Shown piece by piece: positions 45,701 to 56,610 of a stretch of 64,000 nt of DNA. How positions within the stretch are numbered: the first letter of the stretch is position 1; each line of letters starts with the position of its first letter. Made by a program: the position numbers and the translations under genes. Source of the stretch: Chlorokybus atmophyticus (Eukaryota; Plantae; Mesostigma and Chlorokybus algae). The notes under the pieces are model-generated. The model did not search any database, was not told the DNA's origin, and saw only the letters and a list, made by a program, of their open reading frames with translations. The stretch spans positions 401,001 to 465,000 of the forward strand of contig RHPI01003041.1 in the NCBI GenBank assembly GCA_009103225.1, in the 5' to 3' direction.

Positions 45701-48700
45701 ACGAACTTGGCAGCCTGCAAACGCACACGTTTTTTGACCAGACCTTGTCCATATATTTACAGGCTTGTAGTAGTGCACAGGAGTACCATCTCCTCACCCG
45801 CAGGTTTGTGCTTGTGTGCATGAAGAACACGTTGTAGACGCGAGGCTCCAGCGGCGTGCACTGCGCTCCATTGTAGTTGATGAAAGTACACCTGACACAG
45901 ACACGACATAAGCGCACGCACATAAGATGAAGTTCATTCTGGCCCTCAGAAACAACAACACCTCATAAGACTTCGTAACTCACCCATCCAGGCTTTGCGG
46001 CCCGTCATAAACTCTGTACCCCACAATAGAGTTAGACACAGACGTGTCCACAGGGTTTCCCGGGTTGCCGCTTCTCCCAACAAACACGTTGCCGACCAGC
46101 ATTGATAAACCGGGGTCCGGGTGGCCTCCCCTCCCTGCTATCTGCATGAAACATGAACAAATAAACAACCACAACCACAACCATGAGTGAGCTTTGTGTC
46201 TGTGAGCAGAGTAGTTGGGTGTATATGTATACACACAGACACACAGACGTGTATGTGTGATGTTTGTGATGTAGTGTGTATTGTTCATCATTGTATGGCG
46301 CATCATGCATACTTGAACTCCTTCAGGGGTGTCAGCCCAAATGCATCTTGTCAAGGTTAGCTTATAGAGTCTGCCCCAAAGCCCTGAGTTAACAAGCTTC
46401 CATCCCTGCAATACGACAACAGTTATCCATACACAGTCATAATCAACACAACGATAACAACAACATTAACACAACACAACAACAACACATGCTCATATAA
46501 CAGCTCTTTGCAGCAGCAGCAAGAGCTGTCATACACACCCATTGCTTACTTGGAAGTCCTGTATGTTGGGTGCGGTCCCGTCGCTGGGTGCCAACATGGC
46601 CAAGTTGGCGTGTTTGAACTGGTAGCCAACATCGTTATCATCAAGTATGCCGCTCTCCACATTGAGCCCTCTCCTGCAGCAATAACATGTTGGTTTGCAT
46701 GTTGATAGCATTGGTAATAAGACTCGAGTACTATCACTCACGCGCATGAGTGAGCCACATTGCGGGTGAATCCCGCAAACTTGGCTGCGGCGGGGTTTAA
46801 TGAGCCGTAAAGCCCGAGAAGGCCTGATAAACCCTCGACAGCGCCTCGTGTCTGTCATGCAGAGCCAAGCAAGTTGTTGTTAATGAATAATGTGTAATAT
46901 GTTGTGTTACATCACAGACATGTGTTATGCGACAGCAAGGACTGAGGTTTACATTGACACGTACCTGGAACCAAAAGCCTGTGCCTTGGCAGCCGGAGGC
47001 TACGTTGTTGTTGAACACGTTGTTGCCATCTGCCATGTAAACGTTTTTGTCATGGTGAAAAGAAGTACAGGGGAGAAAACAGAAAACCCACACATACAAA
47101 CACAAGCACGAAAGCAGGAAATAAGCAACAAGACAAGCAAAACGACAGCAAGGTGAATGATCAGGTAACGTAAGAATAAGGCAACAAACATCGCACAGGC
47201 ATGAAAACACAACAGGTATTTTGAAAGGGTAGGATACTTAGACTGCCAACAACCATGATACCAACCATTATATATATACATCCACATGCGATGCGTCACT
47301 CACTTGTGATCCAAAAAGCGGACACCGCGATGGCATCCGCATCACTCCCCAGTCTTGCTCCCGTATTCTATCAAAACACACCAACACAGTGTTGTTGTTT
47401 GAAACACGTGCAACAATACTCGCACACACACCATAGTTGATGCAGCACTTGCCTTGGTCATGGTGTTGATGGCGAGGTTTCTGGTCAAGACATTGCCAAA
47501 CTCTGCGCCATCCTCCAGCAGGAACGCGTGGCCTTGAGTGTTGAAGGCAACATTGCCACTCAACGCAACACCCTAGAAGCAGAGTGGTTGAAGTGGTTGT
47601 GACATGATGCATTTATGATTCTATCAGATGAGTACAAGTTATAAGGCAGTACTATCCCACTTACGTCAAATGATTTGAGCGTGTGACAAAGGCTCTAGGA
47701 GTGTCGTGTGATGCATGCATGTGGATGATCATGGAGTGAGTAAACTGTTGCAGGTTATAACACCCCATTCACGGCATCCCACCTGAGTGCCGTGTATGAC
47801 GTAAGCTCTGAAATTGGAGTTTGAGGCCACGCAGTCGCGTACGTAAGTGCCTGTTGGGACGCGTCCGCACACATGGAAATGAATTGGATACCTGACGGGC
47901 AAAATAAAAGAGGGTCAAAGGGGATGTGTTATGCGCTTAATGACGGAACCCAGATTTGATTGTTGCAAACAGACTTGGCAAAAGCGTCGCCTTGACCGCC
48001 ATTGATGACTGCCACCGCTTGGACGTGCACGGCTTTGAAACCCTGTTGTTGGTTTGGACACGTGTCCGGCTATCAGTGTTGAAGCTGTACAGTTCTACAG
48101 CACAACGGTGACAACTGACACACGTACACACCCGCACATACCATGTATGCACCCGCACATACACACAACACATGCGTGCGGACACTTATGCATACGTGCG
48201 TGCGTGCGCACATGCGCGCGCATGCACGCACACGTGTGCACGCCTACAATCGCACATGTATGCATGGTGGTGCGCAACAAGGCTGTGCGCGGTATGTCCA
48301 CAGTTGAACATCACCTTTACGAAAATGGTATGGCAGCCAATGGGAGCCCCGCCAACAATCTCAATACTGCGAGACAGCAGCGCAACCTCCGCCCTCTCAT
48401 CCACACCATAGGTGACCTGTTTCAAGCCAACAACAACATGGCCATTGTGGGGGACCATCTACCAGCAACATCAACAGTAAACAATTACAGCTTACCTGCC
48501 CATAGTGCATCCACTTGAGCGGGGCATCGACCACGATAGTTTGTCCTGCGATGCTTGCAATCTTCCGCACTTCACTCTACACAAGTACCACACAAATTGA
48601 CAGCAGTTGGATTGCAAGTTTGGGTAGAAGTTGTGCACACTGAGTGCACCATAATGTCACACATCGTTCACTCGCCTGCGTGTAAGCATAATCGGTGCTG

Positions 48701-49921
48701 CCTATCACAACAGCATCGCCAGCTTTCCAGGAGCTGTGCAAACATGCAGACAGTTGATACTGGCAAAACCAGGACACAACATGACAATAGTGTCCTTGTT
48801 GTGTCACAAGCACATAAACAAAAGCTCACCTCACGCTGCCAATGACGGCAACAGATTTGGTGCCCACCGATGCAGTGGCTGCGAGCTTTGTCCAAGACTG
48901 CGCCAAGCCCTTTGCTCCATGCAGCTCCAAAGTGCCACCTTGTAGACGTTATATTGGTTGTGACTGTTCGTATGCAAGGACACACACGCTCGCACACATG
49001 CATGAATATAGCCACTGTGGATGTGGCACATGCACATGCGCGTGCGTGCACACACGCACGCAGGCTCTCAAGTGCGTGCATACGTACACACAAGCGCATG
49101 CACGCAAGTGCGTAGGAGCGTGCATGCGCGCATGCACGCTCCTACGTGCGTGCATGTGTGTGTATGCACACACACATATTAGAACATATAAGACTGTCAC
49201 CTGGTAGCACTGCCAGGACCTGCGAGCCGGCGATACCCGGCACCAGGGCCGTGCCGGCAAGGTTTACGGTGAGCTTGCCAACGAAGGGGCAGCCTTCACC
49301 TCCAACGTGGAGTGCACCCTGTCCATGACGATTAGTAGTGGTGAATGCTGTCACTGAGTGTGTTGTGGTCACACAGTGGCATAGTCTCACTTGGACTGCG
49401 ATGAAGTCTGTCGTGAGAGTGGCGGGCGCGTCCTTGAATACAAGAACAGCGCCGGCAGCGATTGTAATGCCACTGTTGATTGTAACCTATTGAGTGACAG
49501 AGTTATAAGACACTGTTTCACAACGTAAGCAGCAAGAAGGCATGTGTAAACTGCGAAAGAACTAGGGTGAAAATGTGTGACTGTGTACTTGTGACACGCA
49601 TTGTCACACAAGTACACAGTTGTTGGCGCGTACCTCTTCGACATCAAATAGCACATTCTGGCCTGACTTCAGTGTCACCCCACCAGAGATGCTCTTGCTG
49701 CAGAAAGTCGGTCAGTGTTACTGATCCAAGCATTGCATGCTGACACAGGCAGTGCAGCACTGTTACTGTTTTGTGTACAATACTCACCTTTTGAACAGTT
49801 GCGACCATGGCGTGAGCGTCTTGTACGCCGAGTCAAAGGGACACAGTCCTGAGACTACGTGAAGACAAGAGAAGAAGAGCACAACAAGCACACCACACGC
49901 AAGCATGGTACTGTGCACCAT
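42737..49921 (-). CDS. Secreted G8-domain / CEMIP(TMEM2)-like parallel beta-helix protein with C-terminal malectin domain, many small exons
   Basis: Signal peptide MLACGVLVVLFFSCLHVVSG. G8: VTLKSGQNVLFD..GAVLVF..GALHVGGEGCPFVGKLTVNL. WKAGDAVVIGSTDY; YGVDERAEVALLSRSIEI; YPIHFH..AYVIHGT; NVAFNTQGHAFLLEDGAEFGN; NNVFNNNVASGCQGTGFWF; GEWVELGVCYPP; AYYWDVGRGLL; FCPGTGC; Pro-rich linker. Malectin: VWKADDYYQGG, SYRYGSFRY, SYTVTLHFAETYW..GQRVFDIKLQ, NFDIVAAA, ALVCAIQV. Start may be 49906; the 3' end is inferred. Confidence 0.82.
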
Positions 49922-52181
49922 TGCAGAGACACACACAGTGGAACACACTGGAAGGACTGTGGTGATGGCACTGTCCAGCGTCACACTGTGCTGTATGGTT
50001 ACACAACAGTTCAGAGACACACGCACACACACGTAAAGCTGTGCACACAGTCTTCAAGTAGTACCACAGGCCCAGGTGCTTTTATATGTGTCACACAGGC
50101 AGGTTGTGTTTTCACCATGACTGCAACGTAGGCAGATCAGACCATGGCAACTTCCCACTGGAAAGAAATCCAAGTATAACAGAATCAATCAATACCAACG
50201 ATGGCATACTATCAAAAGTAATGCTCTACACTAGCCCTGCTGCTTGAAAGCTACTCTTGGACTATGCAAACAGTATGATTGCCTTACCTTGGGTGTAATA
50301 CCAGGCACAAAGTGAGTGCAAACGTTGGGTTAGAGCAGTGTAGTCCATCATGATGACTCGTACACTGTGCCAGCTGGCATATCTTGTCAACAGAAACATA
50401 CAACAGATGTCCAGCAATGGTGATCCTGTGTTACATCACACAGGCAGCAGCACTCAACTCCTGTGTGCGTCTGCTTGTGTGTGCAAGCATGCGTTGAAAG
50501 CTGAGGCTTGCTGCAAAACAGTTCGAAGCAAACAAGCTAACGATCGAACAACAAGCAGGTGCTTGCCAGGTGTCAAGCAACACGAGAGCATTTTTGAGAG
50601 CAGATTCAACGAAGCGTTTTCTTATGTGTAACATTGCAGCCAGCCTCGTCATACACAAACTTGCTTGTCTGCTGGCAATGTACCATAGATGTATCAAGTG
50701 ATATATTATGACATGTACATAGGTAATGCAAATTACTGTAACTGCTTGTTGATGTGACAGACGACAGCAAATGGAGGCGTTTGTGTCGTCCAAGGCGGTG
50801 CATGCTGTCGCTTGCCTCTTTCTACCAAATTCACTGTTGCTTGCAATACGCTGACATGCATGTTAGCCAGCTGCACTAAGTACACTGTACATGCACAGTA
50901 CCAGGACCCATCACCTCCTCCGTAAGCCATGACGCAGACCATAACCAGGCGGTGTTCACTGAGGAGGGTTGCTCAGGCAAGCTAGTGGTAGCGCCTGGCC
51001 TTCACGCAAAGACGACTCCGCCGCCCATGCTGCCGCCCACACCCACGCCGACGACAGAGGCATGCAAGACGCTAGAGCAGCTCGTTGAGTAGCTCAGCAG
51101 GCAGAGGCGGTGCAGGCGGCGGCGGCGGAGGAAGAGGAGGAGGAGGTGGAGGCGATTAAGCGCAAGCACACTGGGGTCGCAGGCGAGGTGGGAAAGGAGG
51201 TGGGCAAGCTGGTGCCTTCCTGTGGTTACTGTGCAACGTGGGGGTTGGCCATTGGAAAGAAGGTGCTGCTTCAGGACACACCATACCATACCCCTTATAT
51301 ACACATTCAAGCTTGGTGCAGTTGGTCATAGTTAGTGGTTTGTCGTAGTAATGATCTGTTGGGAGTTGATGTTGTTTATTTTACATTGTGCACAAACTGT
51401 TGAACAACCTGCCAATGCATGGCAATGCACCAGTGCATTGCGGTCTGAACCATAATCCAGTTGAAAATCGCTTGATGCTGTACCACATTAGCAAGTTCCT
51501 CACTTGTGTGTTCGTGGTGTAGCTTAACCATCAGGAATGCAATATATATACATCAAGAGCAACAGTAGCATGTGTTGTTCGAAGTACAAACAAGCCCCAT
51601 ACTCATCAAGGCTTGCTTCATGCTGGCACATAACGTGCTTTGTGTGTCAACAAACTTGCAGTCGTACGCAATGAGGCATGTTTGTAAAACATACGCGATG
51701 CACGTATCCGACTGTGTCAGATGGTGGTGCTTTTGACTTATTGACGGCTATTGTTCACCTGATCAAGTAACACAACCGTTCATGTGCCGTCTGCCTGGCC
51801 TATCCGGCACTTGCTTTGTTTGAAAACATCATGAAGCAAATCCAGCGAGTGGATTCGAACATTATGCAGCATATGCTATGTTGCATCATGTCCGGTTGCA
51901 CTAGCAAGGCTCTATTGCTGGACCAACATTGCTAATTGAACCATATCCTTGCTCGCTAGTTGCATACCCTATGTGACATTCTTGCAATGAGTGAGACTCT
52001 ACTTAAGTGTACGTTGCAAGGTGTACATTACAATGCTGTACATCTGGTGTATTACAATAGATTCCCTTGCTGCGCAATGTGGTGTCATCCAAGGTACAGG
52101 CTACTACGCTCAGCGTTGCGCTGCATGCAACGTGGGCTGTGCAAAGTGCATGTGTTGCCAATGCAGTTGCAAAGCCAATGG

Positions 52182-52706
52182 TGTAACGGGAAGGTACATT
52201 AAATTACCACAAATCAACCATAAAAGCATCAAGTCTTTTGTGGTCGAGTAGGCTGTGACATTGGTCATCGGAGCTTGAAACCCGGGTTCGATTCCTGCAT
52301 GGCACACGAATTCCGCGGTCGTTGTGTCTCGATCCAATAACATCGTAAATGGTCACTTCATATGTGCCATTATCGATTGGTCGCGATTTGCCTAATGGCA
52401 GTCATGCGCCGGCGTTCCGTCGGTGCGGCAGGGCGCGACTTGCCTGTCGCGATGCGACCTGTGGGGCCGGCAGCGGTGCGCTATGCGCGCGTTGACCGGT
52501 ATGGGCCTAAATTAGCCGATCCTAGGGCGGCGGGGCCGGTGACTGACCCTAATCAGACCCCTGGGATGATTCCCCAGCTGATGGGAGCCAGCTGCCAAGG
52601 ACGTCAGCGTTCTTAAGTGGGGGGGAGTGTAACGGGAAGGTACATTAAAATCACCACAAATCGACCATAAAAGCACCAAGTCTTTGTGGTCGAGTGGGCT
52701 GTGACA
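52182..52706 (+). mobile_element. Complete TRIM (miniature non-autonomous LTR retrotransposon), 525 bp
   Basis: Two 79-bp LTRs (52182-52260, 52628-52706), both TGTAAC...GTGACA, differing by 4 transitions and 2 single-base indels; 5-bp TSD AATGG (52177-52181, 52707-52711); PBS-like TGGTCATCGGAGC directly after the 5' LTR; G-rich polypurine tract directly before the 3' LTR; 367-bp internal region with no retroviral ORF. Confidence 0.92.
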
Positions 52707-53515
52707 AATGGGTTGCATGCATTGCATGATAAGTACAAGGGACGAAAAAAGGGTGAACCTCATGTGAACTTGTATATAAGATATGCAACTGTGTGCGCTG
52801 TCTGTGTAGGAAAACATAGTGTACAAGTTGGTTGTATACTAAACAAAACAAGTCAAAGAATCTGTGTTGCACATAATTTATAGTGCACACTGCATTGTGA
52901 CTTGTACACTATTCAACGTGTTCTTAATGTACATATTGCGTGAGTTTAAATTCATCACGTACAATCCAACCTTATTCATCGCAAATTTTACACGGTGACT
53001 GACCAAGGACCGAGGGACTGACGGGTGCCTGAGCTTGCCTGAACCTGCCTGCCGCTGCCTAAAATGCTACTTTTGAACTGTTGGGTTTACCGATGGCTTA
53101 TGTGGACTGACGCAGACGACCGCGGGCCGAAAGTGGTTGTCAGTGGCACTGACCGGCCGAGAGTTGTCAACCAGTTACCCTTTGGTCGATGTGAACAGAC
53201 GGCCGTTAGCCGGTAGCTATGGACAGCTGACAACAATAGCCGGCAGTTTCCTTGCCGTTACACTGCTGTTAATATATGACCCTTAGCGTTTGACAAAAGT
53301 TGACAATTCTTGCCGTAAGCCAACACCAACATGCCACGCAGCTTATACAAACCTTAGACTAATGTTTGGTCTTGCAACTATAAGCCCACAATACTTACAC
53401 CATACCGGCAGTGTTGAGAGTATATCCACTTGCAACTGAGCAGCCGACTTGCGCATGAACTACCTACAACATTAAATCTAGGTGTCGCGCAGCTTGTCAA
53501 CCCGTGGTGCCTGCC

Positions 53516-55376
53516 TTAAAACTCCTCCTCAACCATCTCCTCATGTTCCTCCTCCAATAAGTATTCTGCTTTAACATCGGAGTCATCTTCATCTGCTGCC
53601 TTGCTCGCTGACAATATAGCGGCTACTTCGTCCTTCAGCTTGAATGTCGGCACCTCGCCGTGCATGCGCATGCACTTGATGGTTGCTTTGAGAGTGACCA
53701 TTTGCATTTGGTAATGCTATAAGAGTGGCATGGTGCCAAAGGACTAGCCCATTAGCATACACATGCTTACTTTGTCTTCCGCTTTGTCGCACTCCGCCAG
53801 GCAGACAGTCAGCATGCCGCGCTGCTCTTCGTTCTATCGGACCAACATGGCAATTTGCAAGCAACTGCTTACTTGCCGCTGGAAACATTAAATTAGATCA
53901 TGGATTACCCGTTCGTGGTACTCCGCAGCTTGTCTTTTGCGACTTGTGAGCTCCCGCAAGTAGAAATATGCTGTGCATATGTGAGATTGGTCACGCTGTT
54001 CATGTGCATGACACTGGAGGCTGTGCATGTAGTATTGACAGTGTATGTCATGTGCAAGATACTTGAGGCTGTGCATGTGCAAGATAAAAGAACCCTAGCA
54101 TGTGGCATTGACAGTGCATCATAACCCACGTTGGTTGTGCTCGTCTTGTTTAGTCCCCTAAATCATGTCGCTGTGGTTGCAGCTGCTGATGGTTCGGATG
54201 GTCACAGAGGCAGTATTGTGGTGTGCCTTTTTCCACTCGGAGGGGGAGCCCTGTAAGATATCGCCCAAGTCACTGTTATCATTGGCTATGCCCTTGGTAG
54301 GCATGGTGGGGGTTTTCGCCACCAATAACACCCCACCGGCACCTTGCCCGCCCTGTGCGAACATGGGCTTCATCTCGGACATCGACCATAACGCCCACTA
54401 CGCCTCTGGCAGCACCAACGATCCATCAAACGCCACATACCCTCGGCATCACCGCCGTGTTAGGGCATAGCTTGGCGGAGCCATTTATGGTGTTTTCATG
54501 CGCAGGGACTTGCATTGCCACTTGTCAATGGTACGAACTGCTATTGCCACTGCACAAAGGTACCATTTCAATGCCACCTTTTACCGAAGGCATCTTCGTA
54601 CCATTGAAATGATAAAATCAGGATATTTATGCAAACTCACCCCACCCTGGACGTGCAATGGCTCAATCGCACCATAATAATGGTACGACAGAGCCGTCAC
54701 GCCAGTAAATGGCGGCCAAGCTTCCCACCTCTGGCCTGCAAAAGTAGCGGCGGCGGTGGCGGCGGCGGCGGCGGCTGTGCATGTTGCTTAATATGATGAT
54801 GCAGGTTACATTGGCGACACCTTTGTCGACGTCAGTAGTGAGCTATGGGAGTCCTTTGTCCGTATTGCCAAATGCGCTTCGCCACACGCAGCTCGGTCTA
54901 TATGCACATTGTTGGCAACAAGGTGTGCAGCTAACTATCTGCTCTGGCTTCCGCAATGTTGGCTTGACTGTGGGGTGGGTATGGGTGATTAATGGAGGCC
55001 TGCAGCTACGCTACATGTATCGCATGGCCTGCACAAAAAAACAAACTGCTCTTGCAAGGAAATGCATGTGAGTGTTGAGCGTATCTTTGCATTCCTTTGA
55101 GCTTGTTCTCACAGCCGCAATAGGTCCCGCATGGTGTTAACAAGGGGCTCCAAGGACTGCAGCTCCTAATCCACTCCTTGCTGCAGCAAGCAGCTCTCTG
55201 TGAAGATGGTCCTTGATGGCTTGCCTGTTGGTTTGTCCAATGTTGGTGATGCATGTTGCACAGCCCCATTGCTGTCGCCTGCCATTGTGCATGACGTGGC
55301 GCCCGGTATTTAATGGCTTCGCTGCTTGAACTCTTACAACCGCTATTTCTCGCAAGATGTGCCACGCCGGCGCCAC
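53516..55376 (-). pseudogene. Possible degenerate hAT-like transposase relic
   Basis: BED-finger-like fragment AWHIL...WGCATC...IKDHLH (55137-55376), LTTD-containing fragment (~54830), AYFYLREL..VIHDL*..LAEC (~53800-53960) and an acidic tail; interrupted by stops; no TIRs found. Confidence 0.3.
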
Positions 55377-55805
55377 CTGGTCCTCCGCCTCTTAGTTGAA
55401 CCCAGGTCCACTATGTCTGACATTCGCCCCGTCATCAACTTAATGCCCCTGCATGCCATCATCCGGCCATGAATGAAGCTGTTTGGGAGAGTGTACGCTA
55501 ACTCCCATTAGGGCTAGTCGAACAATGGCCTTTGTCGTTCAATGGATGTCACGACAGAGCCATTGTACGCTAATGGCTGGGGTTGGACGAGAGATGCCTC
55601 CGTTGTACCATAAATGTAACGCCCAAGCCATTGGTACCCTTAGTTGTACAAAGTGGATGATACGAATGCATAAGTCGTACCATCAACCATAGGCGATAAG
55701 GACGCACTACAAGTGCGACACTAGTGCGGGACACTTGACGTTCAAAACCGCCTCATTTTCGTTTTCGCGCCTCGTACATTTGGGCGGGCCAATTGGCGGC
55801 AGCGT

Positions 55806-56559
55806 TGTTGGATGCGGCAGCGCCCCATCAGCTAAGCAGGCGGCACCCGACTATCAGTTAGAGAGATGCCTTGGGGTCCATTTGTAGGTGCACCTCGTTG
55901 TGAAGGTCGGCGCCCCAAGTTTACATTCCCCTCAATGTTCAACCAGGCAACCGTCGCCAACCAGCAGCAGCTACTTGGCCAACCAATCGCAGCAAGACCC
56001 CGCGCTAGCACCTAGCCCATCACAACGACTCCATCTGACACCGCGGTCGCAAGGGCAAGCTAAAATGTATGCGTTCTTGATGCACTGTGCACGTTGCTTC
56101 TTGCGCAACTTTAAACTTTGATGCATGCTTCTTTTATGACTGGCACAGTAACTCACTGTATGCATTCTGGATACACTGTGTACGTTGCTTCTTGCTCAAC
56201 TATGAGAATTGCATCTTTCATGGCTGGCAGCATGATTCACGTGGTTGTGCTTGCAGAGGGTTGATTGGAACCCCCAACTAGAACGCATTTGGCCGTGAGG
56301 TAACAACCTCGGCCGTCAACACTTTGTCGTGCCTGTCATGGTCGAGGGCAACCTTGTCTCGGACAGGCTGCAGAGGAGTGCTAGTGCTGCACGCATGCTA
56401 GTGCCGTGCACTGCATTGGAGTCATGCAAGCAAAAGACAACCCCCCAATCGTGGGCATAGGCTTGAAGATGAGCCTACGCGGTGTTTTAGTGCAGTGGAC
56501 GAGCCGATGTTGCTCGCCACCTTTGTGTACAGACTGTGTCGTAGTGCACACAGTCAACA
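55806..56559 (-). repeat. Candidate 3' LTR of the Ty3/Gypsy element (~754 bp)
   Basis: On the minus strand it begins TGTTG (56559) a few nt after the PPT GGGGGGG (56565-56571), and the nearest plausible CAACA end is at 55806. The 5' LTR is outside the window, so the distal boundary is unconfirmed. Confidence 0.45.
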
Positions 56560-56610
56560 AGCCACCCCCCCTGAGATTCTGGGGTAGCCCTCTGCTCCAG
56601 AACTCAGTTC

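Noticed and set aside
51002-51331. Acidic AAAAEEEEEEV ORF fragment
   Set aside because: Interrupted by stops, with no identifiable homology; cannot be supported as a gene.
52234-52310. tRNA gene
   Set aside because: The D-arm and T-loop are tRNA-like, but the anticodon and acceptor stems do not pair; it lies within a TRIM and is reported as promoter-like boxes instead.
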